From: a virus
Taxonomy: Duplodnaviria; Heunggongvirae; Uroviricota; Caudoviricetes
Length of the DNA: 23,428 nucleotides
Virus record (IMG/VR): IMGVR_UViG_2602041549_000007
Location: 1-23,428 of that record
Reading direction: 5' to 3' (one strand)
This document shows positions 1-8,113 of this stretch, one piece after another. Under the pieces are notes generated by a model that was given only the letters and a program-made list of their open reading frames with translations, had not been told where the DNA came from and made no database searches. Both the position numbers and the translations under genes were made by a program. Each line of letters starts with the position of its first letter. Position 1 is the first letter of the stretch.

Positions 1-19
1 CCTGATTTTCACCTGCCAG

Positions 20-559
20 ATGGAGTTGCTTATGTCAAATGTGAGCGGGATCGGTGATGCTTATTACTGGAGTGTTTTTAAAATCGCCGAGGCCTTTGGG
101 CTTCACCGGGACACAGTAAAAAAACGGCTCCTCGCGGCCAACACTCCTGTGGCTGCGACTGTCAGGGGGAACCCCGTTTACGCCCTGCAGCATGTCGGGC
201 CTGCCCTGTTTAGTGTGAAGCATGAGGCAGCAGACTCTGTTCATGATCCATCCCGTATGGAGCCGAAAGAGAGAAAGGACTGGTACCAGTCTGAAAATGA
301 AAGGATCAAGCTGGAAAAGGAGCAGCGAAAACTCATCCCCGTTGATGAAGTAGTCATCGTCTATTCGTCTATGAGAAAGGCTGTCGTCCAGGTTCTGGAG
401 ACAATTCCGGATGTTCTTGAACGCGATTGCGCCCTGACTCCTCAGGCCGTCGGCGTTGTACAGCAGGCCATTGATGACCTGCGATACACTCTTCAGGAAA
501 AATCCTACGAGGCTTGTGCTGCTGAAATAATTCCTGATGAGGAAGGAGAGAGTCTCTAG
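20..559 (+). CDS. Terminase small subunit, lambda Nu1-like (helper prophage)
   Basis: 179-aa ORF; N-terminal HTH-like segment and the WYQSENERIKLEKEQ stretch resemble lambda gpNu1 (WYAERDAEIENEKLRRE); lies directly upstream of the gpA-like terL. Alternative start ATG 32. Confidence 0.8.
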   Translation: MELLMSNVSGIGDAYYWSVFKIAEAFGLHRDTVKKRLLAANTPVAATVRGNPVYALQHVGPALFSVKHEAADSVHDPSRMEPKERKDWYQSENERIKLEKEQRKLIPVDEVVIVYSSMRKAVVQVLETIPDVLERDCALTPQAVGVVQQAIDDLRYTLQEKSYEACAAEIIPDEEGESL

Positions 560-567
560 GAGGAATA

Positions 568-1560
568 ATGGGTTTTTCATCAGCCCGAAATTTGGGAAGG
601 GACATATCGGCAGGATTTTCCCCACCACGTCGCATGCCGATTTCGGAGGCTGTTAAAAAATTCATGCGTGTTCCCAAGGGGGCTGGTAACTCGGTGCCAT
701 GGGATCCTGAACTGACACCCTACATCATTGAGCCCATGAACTGCCTGGCATCGCGTGAATACGATGCGGTGATTTTTGTTGGTCCTGCGCGAACAGGGAA
801 GACCATTGGTCTGATCGATGGATGGATTGTCTATACCATCGTTTGCGATCCTTCGGACATGCTCGTTGTGCAGATGACCGAAGATAAGGCCCGCGAGCAT
901 TCTAAAAAGCGCCTCGACAGAACGTTCAGAAGCAGTGCGGCGGTAAAGAAAAGAATGAGTCCACGTCGTAACGACAATAATGTCCATGATAAGACGTTCA
1001 GGGATGGCTCGTTCCTTAAAATTGGTTGGCCCTCGGTCAACATTATGTCGTCGTCGGATTACCGGTTTGTCGCCTTAACCGATTACGACCGTTTTCCGGA
1101 GAATATCGACAGCGAGGGTGATGGTTTCTCCCTGGCCTCAAAACGTACCACCACATTTATGTCCGCCGGGATGACTCTGGTGGAGAGCTCGCCGGGACGT
1201 GACATCTGCGACAGCAAATGGCGACGTAAGTCGCCTCATGAAGCGCCACCGACGACTGGGATTCTTTCCCTTTACAATCGTGGTGACCGCCGCCGCTGGT
1301 ACTGGCCATGTCCGCACTGCGGTGAATATTTTCAGCCAGCCATGGATGCCATGACCGGCTACCGTAATGAACCGGATCCCTTTAAAGCCAGTGAGGTGGC
1401 GTATCTACTTTGCCCGCACTGCAGCGGCATTATCACTGCGGAGAAAAAGCGTGAGCTCAATAGTGCAGGAGTCTGGTTGCGTGAAGGGCAGGTCATTGAT
1501 CGTAACGGCAACGTTTCCGGTGAACCGCGCCGCTCCCGTATCGCCAGTTTCTGGATGTAG
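568..1560 (+). pseudogene. Terminase large subunit (lambda gpA-like), N-terminal 330 codons; gene interrupted at 1557/1558 by the inserted element and resuming at 11899
   Basis: AGGAGG 5 nt upstream of ATG 568; CPHCG motif region and ...GVWLREGQVIDRNGNVSGEPRRSRIASFWM align with lambda gpA ...GIWTRDGILWFSSSGEEIEPPDSVTFHIWT; the ORF stops at TAG 1558-1560 where lambda gpA continues. Confidence 0.85.
1551..1557. repeat. Left copy of 7-bp direct repeat CTGGATG flanking the insert (putative att core/overlap)
   Basis: Identical heptamer at 11892-11898, exactly where the terL reading frame resumes. Confidence 0.6.
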
Positions 1561-1721
1561 GGTACATTTCTTACCTGTTTTTATGTTCTGGTGTCGTTTT
1601 GTAGTCTTTTCAATGAGTTGTGATTTTTTGTGTTTCCTCTCTTTACTTGATAATGAGTTAGTTTATCGCTTGTTATCGACTTGAAAGGACTACATGACGG
1701 ACTAAAAAATGAGGGCGATAG

Positions 1722-2960
1722 ATGCCGGTAAAGCCATTAACCGTGACTGAAGTTAAGGGAATGAAACCACGTGAAAAGGACTATGCCGTTTATGATGGGT
1801 TCGGTTTATTGCTGAATGTGAGTAAAGCTGGTGGGAAAGTGTGGCGTTTCCGTTATAGCCATCCGATAACGAAGAAACGGCAGACATACACGATAGGGCG
1901 TTTTCCTGAATTCTCACTCGCGGAAGCACGGGAAGTACGTGATGAACTTCGGCGAATGATTGCACGTGGAGTTGATCCAGTGACAGAGAAGAAAAATCGT
2001 AAAATTGAGATGTCACTAAAAAATCTACAAACATTTGAAGCTGTTGCTAATGCATGGATCGCTTTTAAAAAGGGATCGGAATTGCGGAAACCTACGCTGT
2101 ATAATATCGAATATGAAGTATACAAATATCTTGTTCCTTTCTTTGGTAAGTACAGCATAGAGAAAATTACAGCGCCAGTAGCTATTAATGCTCTGGATGC
2201 CGTATCCGATAAGAATGCGTTGCAAAAAAAATTAATATCAAGATTAAATGAAATTATGAATTACGCTGTAAATTGTGGAGCATTGAAAACGAATCCATTA
2301 CTTAAGATAAAAACTGCATTCACAGGAAAGAAAAATAAATCATTAGCTGCACTACCTGTTGAAAGATTGCCTGAATTTCTGAGTTGGTGGGATAGTGTGC
2401 CTCATAAGTATCAAATAGCTCACAATGCACTTTTATTCCAGATATTGACAATGGTCAGGCCAGGTGAGGCGATTAAAGCAGAGTGATCCGAGATTGATTT
2501 TGATTCTGGCTTGTGGATTATCCCCGCGCATAAAATGAAATGCCATCGTGAACATGTTGTGCCTCTCTCATCACAGGCTATTAGAATCCTAAGAACAATG
2601 CAGGAAATAAAAAGAGGGCGTTATATATTTTTTTCCTCCAGAACAAAAGATGCTCCTATGGGAAAGAATACTATCAATACCCCAATTGCTGCCAGCAAGT
2701 TCAAAGGGATTGTAACGTTACACGGTTTTCGTTCGATGTGGAGTACGCTTTTAAATGAGGAGGGTTTTAACCCTGATGTTATTGAGGCTGCATTAGCACA
2801 TAAAAGTGGTGATAAAATAAGAGATATTTATAATAGAACTACTTATTTAGAACAACGCAAAATTATGATGCAATGGGTAGGAGATTTTTTTGATGAGGCG
2901 AGAAAAGGGGTAATTAATAGATCCGGTGGTAAGAAAGGTTTGAGAATAGTAAATGGTTGA
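1722..2960 (+). pseudogene. int: P4-type tyrosine integrase interrupted by an in-frame TGA (2484-2486) at a conserved Trp codon
   Basis: ORFs 1722-2486 and 2511-2960 are in the same frame; read-through gives ...RPGEAIKAE*SEIDFDSGLWIIPA, matching the P4/CP4-57 integrase motif ...AEARWDEIDLD..W.IPA; C-terminal HGFRS and LAH box present; GAGGG RBS before ATG 1722. Confidence 0.85.
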
Positions 2961-2972
2961 GGAGTTCAGCAA

Positions 2973-3176
2973 ATGAATACCAATGAAGATATTTTATTTA
3001 CTAAAGACGTAATGAAAATTTTGCGCTATGGGGCAATGAGCGCATTCATCAATTTCTGGAAAGATGAAAATAATGGTTTTCCTCAACCGTTCAGAATTGG
3101 GCGGCGGCATACCTGGCACCGTAGAGATGTAGAGGCATGGTTAGATAAACAACGAGAACAGGCCAATCCCCACTAA
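2973..3176 (+). CDS. alpA: AlpA-family DNA-binding regulator / excisionase-like protein
   Basis: 67 aa immediately downstream of int; pattern ..FP.P...G.R..W...DVE.WL typical of the AlpA/phage regulatory family; GGAG RBS. Confidence 0.7.
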   Translation: MNTNEDILFTKDVMKILRYGAMSAFINFWKDENNGFPQPFRIGRRHTWHRRDVEAWLDKQREQANPH

Positions 3177-3190
3177 TAATATCTTTCATA

Positions 3191-3216
3191 CCCCGCACGC
3201 AATGCGGGGTTTTTTG
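3191..3216 (+). terminator. Rho-independent terminator after alpA
   Basis: CCCCGCA-cgcaa-TGCGGGG hairpin followed by TTTTTT. Confidence 0.7.
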
Positions 3217-3233
3217 TATGTGAGGTAAAAACG

Positions 3234-3812
3234 ATGAATAAAAATATTGCCGTGACGGGCAAGGGGTACGCTCGTTCAGTAAAAAAATTCTGCGATATTC
3301 GTGATCTTGTCGTTCTGCGCTTTAATGGCGTGGATGTTCGTGTGGTGTATCTGAACGGCGATCCGTGGTTTGTTGCAAACGATGTTTGTGCTGCGCTGGA
3401 ACTAACCAATTCGCGTACGGCGTTGCAGATGCTTGATGATGATGAAAAGGGAGTAAATTTAACTTACACCCCAGGAGGAAATCAGAATATGAGCATTATC
3501 TCTGGGTCAGGTTTCTACAAACTAATAGCCCGCAGCCGCAAAGCAACGACGCCTGGCACATTTGCTCATCGTTTCAGTAACTGGGTATTCAGAAATGTGA
3601 TACCGGGTATCAGAGAAACAGGGGCTTATGGTATCCCATGGGGTGCATTACAGGATTTTTCCCGCCGTAAAGAGCAATATCAAATAAGTGCCAGCGAGAA
3701 GGGGAGGGGGCTACAGGCATGTAAGCGCAAAAAGCGTGAGCTGGAGGAAGAAGAAAAAAGGCTGATACGTGAATATCAGCCTGAGTTTTACTTTGGTAAC
3801 CGCATTCAGTGA
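3234..3812 (+). CDS. Bro-N domain protein (phage antirepressor-like)
   Basis: 192 aa; ...VRVVYLNGDPWFVANDVCAALELTNSRTALQMLDDDEKG is a typical Bro-N motif; GAGG RBS 8 nt upstream. Confidence 0.8.
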   Translation: MNKNIAVTGKGYARSVKKFCDIRDLVVLRFNGVDVRVVYLNGDPWFVANDVCAALELTNSRTALQMLDDDEKGVNLTYTPGGNQNMSIISGSGFYKLIARSRKATTPGTFAHRFSNWVFRNVIPGIRETGAYGIPWGALQDFSRRKEQYQISASEKGRGLQACKRKKRELEEEEKRLIREYQPEFYFGNRIQ

Positions 3813-3841
3813 CAAAACAAAGGCGACCGGGGGCGGTCGCC
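3812..3841 (-). terminator. Hairpin terminator for the leftward transcript (between convergent genes)
   Basis: Perfect 8-bp stem GGCGACCG/CGGTCGCC with GGGG loop at 3822-3841; the T-rich tract is on the minus strand (plus-strand ACAAAACAAA, 3812-3821). Confidence 0.55.
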
Positions 3842-3905
3842 AATGGGAAAGCACTAAACATAAGCACGGGGATGATAGCCGCTATCAGGCTGGTGGGCAA
3901 TGCAA

Positions 3906-4094
3906 TCAGTCTGGTTCAGTTCGTTGCCATACCTGCAATGAGCGCGTTTCCCTGTACTCTTTAAGGAATTGCTCAAGGGCAAAAGCACATGGCGCGAATC
4001 TTTCTGATTCATGCTCTATCTTTCTGCGCCGTCTTTTCCGTGCCGGTGATAATGTTTTGGTCAATTCTTTATCGGTCATTGTGTTGTCCTGCAT
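3906..4094 (-). CDS. Hypothetical small basic protein (62 aa), downstream of the RHH gene on the same strand
   Basis: ORF lies between the RHH gene and the minus-strand terminator; no convincing Shine-Dalgarno; contains an RKRRRRK tract. Weak call. Confidence 0.3.
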   Translation of the reverse strand: MQDNTMTDKELTKTLSPARKRRRRKIEHESERFAPCAFALEQFLKEYRETRSLQVWQRTEPD

Positions 4095-4136
4095 AGCAAT
4101 GCGCCGTAATACCTTACACCACGGCGCTGATGGTGA

Positions 4137-4316
4137 TTACTCTGGTTCTTTGGCCTTGCGGCGCTGGCGGCGTTTGATCTCGCCTTCAAGTGCCGAAACG
4201 ATAAATTGCCCAGTGCTTTCGCCTTCTTCCTTTAAATTTTCTACAGCGTCAGCTATTGCATGGGGGACTCGTGCCTCAAGTTTTTTGGATTTTCCATTAA
4301 CTGCTTTCGTTGCCAT
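4137..4316 (-). CDS. Ribbon-helix-helix (CopG/Arc-like) DNA-binding protein, putative satellite repressor
   Basis: Start taken at internal ATG (MATKAVNGKSKKLEARVPHAIADAVENLKEEGESTGQFIVSALEGEI...) with AAGGA RBS; beta-strand plus two-helix pattern typical of RHH; the tracked 117-aa ORF is over-extended. Confidence 0.65.
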   Translation of the reverse strand: MATKAVNGKSKKLEARVPHAIADAVENLKEEGESTGQFIVSALEGEIKRRQRRKAKEPE

Positions 4317-4338
4317 ATCTGATTTCCTTGTTATTAGG

Positions 4339-4421
4339 TGGCTGACAGTATACACACAAGAAAATGGAAAAACACTATTGACGTGGCTGACACCTGTTAC
4401 TAGTATAGTGGCTGACACCTT
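4339..4421. promoter_or_regulatory. Divergent promoter/operator region with three copies of GTGGCTGACA(CCT)
   Basis: Copies at 4339-4348, 4383-4395, 4409-4421; rightward promoter TTGACG (4378-4383), 17-nt spacer, TAGTAT (4401-4406) overlapped by copies 2 and 3; candidate leftward promoter TTGTGT-17-TAATAA with copy 1 in its spacer. Confidence 0.5.
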
Positions 4422-4515
4422 TATTGAGGTAATCGATGAAAAGACAAAGCCCGCAGGTGCTACCAACACCAACGGGCTTCTAACCACCAACGATAGAAAG
4501 AGTATCGAGGTAGCT

Positions 4516-4722
4516 ATGAGAAATCATACCACACACCCGCAAGGGCGGGACTCGCACAACCTGAATAAATACATCTGGCGTTTTATCGCCCTGAGCACGG
4601 CACAACCGCGCGTGATTACCATTGAGGCCACTAGCGAACAGGAAGCACGCCAGCAATCCCCGGCTGGCTGCGTGATGGTATTCGCCGCCCGTATTCGTCA
4701 GGGGGTACGCCATGTGCAATAA
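4516..4722 (+). CDS. Hypothetical protein, first gene of the rightward early operon (possibly Ash/Icd-like; family uncertain)
   Basis: 68-codon ORF with GAGGTAGCT RBS; corresponds to the 3' end of the artifactual 317-aa ORF 3769-4722. Confidence 0.5.
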   Translation: MRNHTTHPQGRDSHNLNKYIWRFIALSTAQPRVITIEATSEQEARQQSPAGCVMVFAARIRQGVRHVQ

Positions 4723-4948
4723 CACCCGTCCGGACGCAGCCGCCGAAGCAATCAAAACACTGATTGATGCGCTGATTGATATTTCTGTTATCGCGGACAG
4801 GGCGCATAAGCACGCTACCAGTGAAACAGAATATACCAGGGCTTTCGTTCCTCGCTCACTGGTTGCTATGCGGATTATCGCTGATATGGCACTGAATGAG
4901 GCCAGCAAAATTATCATGGCTGATATGGAGGTGGTGAGCCATGCATAA
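4712..4948 (+). CDS. Hypothetical protein (78 aa)
   Basis: Start overlaps the previous stop (ATGTGCAATAA); same strand, operon-like packing. Confidence 0.5.
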   Translation: MCNNTRPDAAAEAIKTLIDALIDISVIADRAHKHATSETEYTRAFVPRSLVAMRIIADMALNEASKIIMADMEVVSHA

Positions 4949-5153
4949 TCATGAAACGCACTTACCTGTAGTGCTGAATGTGCCATCAGATTATACGGGT
5001 CGCGTACTGGTGTATCTGGGAAAAGGCCGGGTTAGATGCCAGTGCCGTTTAATGGAAAACGAATTTATCAGCACTCTTGCGGGATTTTCTGAAATGCTCA
5101 CTAAATCGGGTGTTAGTGCAGACCAGTTATGCGGGGGCGATTATGCGAAATAA
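4941..5153 (+). CDS. Hypothetical protein (70 aa)
   Basis: Overlapping start/stop with the preceding ORF; no recognisable domain. Confidence 0.45.
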   Translation: MHNHETHLPVVLNVPSDYTGRVLVYLGKGRVRCQCRLMENEFISTLAGFSEMLTKSGVSADQLCGGDYAK

Positions 5154-5361
5154 ACGTGATATTGAAGACCTGGCATTTGAAGCCCTGCACTCTGCGAAAA
5201 AGATCAGGGAAGTCGTCAATATGTGGATGAACAGCCTTAGCACCGATAAATCCGATAGCAGAGAAGAAATTCTTATTTCTTTGTTGTTAGACCTGGCAAA
5301 TACACAGGTTTCTCTGACATCTGATATTGAACTCGCCGCTAAAAAGCAGCCTCTGGAGTAA
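5143..5361 (+). CDS. Hypothetical protein (72 aa)
   Basis: ATG 5143 overlaps the upstream stop (ATGCGAAATAA); the tracked ORF from 5077 is judged over-extended. Confidence 0.45.
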   Translation: MRNKRDIEDLAFEALHSAKKIREVVNMWMNSLSTDKSDSREEILISLLLDLANTQVSLTSDIELAAKKQPLE

Positions 5362-5366
5362 AAACC

Positions 5367-5666
5367 ATGAAAAAGAAAAATTCTGGCATTACTGCCAGCG
5401 GCCTCTCTCGGCCTGAAATCCGCCCAGGCGATATTTTCCGGGATAACTACGGCGGCACGGTAACGATTAAAAGCGTGGCGGGACGGTGCGTTACTTACCG
5501 CCGTGATGGGTACGGCTATGACTGCGTGATGCCTGTTTATCAGTTCCGGCGTGATTTTTCACTGATACAGGCCACACCACGCAAACAGCCCACCAGCAAC
5601 GCCAGGGCACGGGCGAACATTCAGAAAATGAAAAACATGATTAACGCATTCAGGGGCAAAAAATGA
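5367..5666 (+). CDS. Hypothetical protein (99 aa)
   Basis: GGAG RBS; stop overlaps the start of the replication gene. Confidence 0.5.
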   Translation: MKKKNSGITASGLSRPEIRPGDIFRDNYGGTVTIKSVAGRCVTYRRDGYGYDCVMPVYQFRRDFSLIQATPRKQPTSNARARANIQKMKNMINAFRGKK

Positions 5667-7078
5667 AACTGGCACCGAACTTAAAAAAACAGCCACACGA
5701 CAAAATGACCGAAGTCATTATTTTTGCGGGTAGTGATGCCTGGGCGCACGCGAAACAATGGCAGGAGCAGGACGGGCGACTTGCTGGCGATAACGTCCCG
5801 CCTGTATGGCTGGGAGACAGCCAGCTTGACGAACTGGCAGACCTTAAAATCATCGACGATGGTCGCTATTGTGTCCGGCTGTACAAGGCAGGCCACATCA
5901 AGCCGTCAAATATTAATGCCATCGGGCAAAAGCTGGCGACGGCAGGTGTACGGGATGCGAATTATTACCCCGAGGGAATGCACAGCCAGAAGCGGGAGGA
6001 GTGGCGCGAATATCTGGAGCGTGAGCGCCAGAAAAAAATGTCCGGAGAGATACCGGAGGAAGAAAAAAACGAACAGCGAAAAACCACGCTACCAATGAGT
6101 ATTGGATCTGCAGGGTACGACACACAGCTTGATTATGTCGTTAAGGGCGTGATTCCGGCTAATTCGTTGTGCAGCACATACGGCGCGAGCGGTTCCTATA
6201 AATCGTTCCTTGCGTGTTCCTGGGCGTGTCATGTTGCCACTGGTCGCCACTGGGGAGGCCGCAGGGTGGCGCATGGTTCGGTGATGTATGTTGTCGGTGA
6301 AGGTGGCATTGGTGTCCCCCGTCGTATCAAGGCATGGGAAATCGTTAATGATGAACGGGTGAAAAATCTGTACCTGGTAAACCGCCCGATTTTTCCGGCA
6401 GCCCCGCTTGATGTTGATGAAATGGTCATCGCTTCCCGCCAGGTTGAACGGGAAACGGGTAAACCGGTACGCATGATTATTCTGGATACGCTGGCGCGTT
6501 GCTTTGGCGGTAATGATGAAAATGACGCGCGGGATATGGGGGCGTTTATCCGTGGATGTGACGAACTGAAACGCCGCACAGGGGTCACGGTGCTGGTGGT
6601 TCACCATTCCGGCAAGGATGAAACAAAGGGAGCGCGTGGTTCCAGTGCATTTCGTGCATCTCTGGACGCTGAATACCGTATTCGCCGGGAAGGTGCAGAC
6701 AGCGAAGCTCTGGTTATCTCCTGCACCAAAATGAAGGACGCGGAGGAACTGAAAGAGGCTGCATATGATTTACGTGTGGTGGAGCTTTTTACCGACACTG
6801 ACGGGGAGTTAATCACGTCGCTGGTGGTTGTGGATAAGCCGCGCCCGCCTGTTGAACTGGAACGCATCGAGGAAGCCGGGAACAAGACGGAGAATCATGC
6901 CGCGCTATGGGGATGTATCCGTTCACGCACACAGCGTGGCGATAAATGCACTATTCCGTTGTTGCGCGATGATATGAAAAAGCTGGGGTATGAGATGAAA
7001 CACTTCCGGCGCTGGCTGTACAAGCTGGAAGGTGATGGCGTTATTGCTATTGACGGTGATGACGTGCGCCCACTGTAA
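5663..7078 (+). CDS. Replication protein, RepA/DnaB-like AAA ATPase (helicase) with C-terminal putative origin-binding domain
   Basis: 471 aa; Walker A-like GASGSYKS, Walker B-like MIILD, VVHHSGKD motif typical of the AAA_25/RepA helicase family; iteron array starts at its stop codon. Confidence 0.75.
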   Translation: MKLAPNLKKQPHDKMTEVIIFAGSDAWAHAKQWQEQDGRLAGDNVPPVWLGDSQLDELADLKIIDDGRYCVRLYKAGHIKPSNINAIGQKLATAGVRDANYYPEGMHSQKREEWREYLERERQKKMSGEIPEEEKNEQRKTTLPMSIGSAGYDTQLDYVVKGVIPANSLCSTYGASGSYKSFLACSWACHVATGRHWGGRRVAHGSVMYVVGEGGIGVPRRIKAWEIVNDERVKNLYLVNRPIFPAAPLDVDEMVIASRQVERETGKPVRMIILDTLARCFGGNDENDARDMGAFIRGCDELKRRTGVTVLVVHHSGKDETKGARGSSAFRASLDAEYRIRREGADSEALVISCTKMKDAEELKEAAYDLRVVELFTDTDGELITSLVVVDKPRPPVELERIEEAGNKTENHAALWGCIRSRTQRGDKCTIPLLRDDMKKLGYEMKHFRRWLYKLEGDGVIAIDGDDVRPL

Positions 7079-7271
7079 AAAGTGGGTAGTAAAAGTGGGG
7101 AGTGTGGGGAATTTAACAAAATTGAAACGTGATTCCCCACTTTCCCACCTGTATATACCCCAAAAAGTGGGGAGTAAAAAACACATTGAAAAACAGTACA
7201 TTAGAGTCACAAAAAAAAGAAGTGGGGAGACGTTGGGTAATTTCAAAAAGTGGGGAACAAAAGTGGGGAGT
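7078..7271. repeat. Iteron array (AAGTGGGGAG), putative satellite replication origin
   Basis: Direct copies at 7078-7088 (variant), 7091-7101, 7165-7175, 7219-7229, 7248-7258, 7261-7271, one inverted copy at 7134-7143 and a degenerate copy at 7103-7110, separated by A-rich tracts. Confidence 0.6.
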
Positions 7272-7279
7272 GGTGAGGA

Positions 7280-7531
7280 ATGACCAGAAAAACCAGAGAT
7301 AAAACAGCGCCAAAATATCGCGCATTAGACATGACAGAGCACGCCTTAAAGGTGGCAATCAGAACAATAGACCGCCATGCCGGAGAAGGATACGCGAAAA
7401 CACATCCCGAACTGATAAGCGCATTCATGACAGCGGCGGCGGCAAACTTTGCCACGCTGACAGAGCTGGAGATAGCCGAAGCGGAACAGGTGACAACCAT
7501 CAACGTTAAAACCGGAGAGCAGACAGCATGA
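7280..7531 (+). CDS. Hypothetical protein (83 aa)
   Basis: ORF immediately downstream of the iterons; stop overlaps the start of the SSB-like gene. Confidence 0.5.
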   Translation: MTRKTRDKTAPKYRALDMTEHALKVAIRTIDRHAGEGYAKTHPELISAFMTAAAANFATLTELEIAEAEQVTTINVKTGEQTA

Positions 7532-7950
7532 CAGCACAGATAGCGGCTTACGGGAGGCTGGCGACTGACCCGCAGTTAAAGACCACCAGCAAAGGGACAC
7601 AAATGGCGATGGCGAGTATGGCGGTCCCACTGCCATGCAGTCAGGCAGATGACGGAACGGCGACGATGTGGTTATCCGTCCTGGCGTTTGGCAGACAGGC
7701 CGATGCGCTGGCCAGACACCACAAAGGCGAACTGGTGAGCGTGGCGGGTAACATGCAGGTAAGCCAGTGGACAGGCCAGAACGGGGAAACGCGGCAGGGC
7801 TGGCAGGTTATCGCAGACAGTGTAATCAGTGCGCGAACGGCGCGACCGGGCGGCAAAAAAGGCCAGCAGGGCCAGGCTACTGACGCACTGAACAGGGCAA
7901 AACAACAGGCGGGGAATGATGATCCGTACGGGGATAACATACCGTTTTAA
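7528..7950 (+). CDS. Single-stranded DNA-binding protein-like (divergent SSB)
   Basis: 140 aa; OB-fold-like N-terminal region with the SSB pattern (...W..V..FG..A......KG..V...G.....W.......R...) and C-terminal DDPYGDNIPF resembling the SSB tail DDDIPF. Confidence 0.65.
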   Translation: MTAQIAAYGRLATDPQLKTTSKGTQMAMASMAVPLPCSQADDGTATMWLSVLAFGRQADALARHHKGELVSVAGNMQVSQWTGQNGETRQGWQVIADSVISARTARPGGKKGQQGQATDALNRAKQQAGNDDPYGDNIPF

Positions 7951-7965
7951 GCAACGAGTAACAGA

Positions 7966-7989
7966 AGCCGGAGTAATCCGGCTTTTTTA
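7966..7989 (+). terminator. Rho-independent terminator after the SSB-like gene
   Basis: AGCCGGA-gtaa-TCCGGCT hairpin plus TTTTTT. Confidence 0.65.
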
Positions 7990-7990
7990 T

Positions 7991-8062
7991 GGGTCCTTCC
8001 GGTGTAGTGACCTGCCACGGGGCGGGAGCGTCGCGGGAAAAGGCTGGTTTTTGCATTTTCAT
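7991..8062 (+). other. cos site A (lambda-like cosQ-cosN), satellite copy 1
   Basis: GGGTCCTTCCGGTGTAGTGACCTGCCACG GGGCGGGAGCGT CGCGGG matches lambda ...GGGTCCTTTCCGGTGATCCGACAGGTTACG GGGCGGCGACCT CGCGGG (lambda sequence recalled from memory); predicted 12-nt cohesive end 8020-8031. Confidence 0.75.
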
Positions 8063-8113
8063 GGCGGCGGCAGCATGTGTGATAATTTATTGATAATTAA
8101 AAATTATTTCTGC

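Noticed and set aside
3769-4722. 317-aa plus-strand ORF spanning the regulatory region
   Set aside because: It runs antisense through the RHH gene, the 62-aa ORF and the operator/promoter region; only its last 68 codons (4516-4722) have an RBS and make sense as a gene.
7078-7271. Possible CRISPR array suggested by the short repeats
   Set aside because: Repeats are ~10 bp with irregular, A-rich spacing and one inverted copy; the pattern fits iterons, not CRISPR repeat-spacer units.
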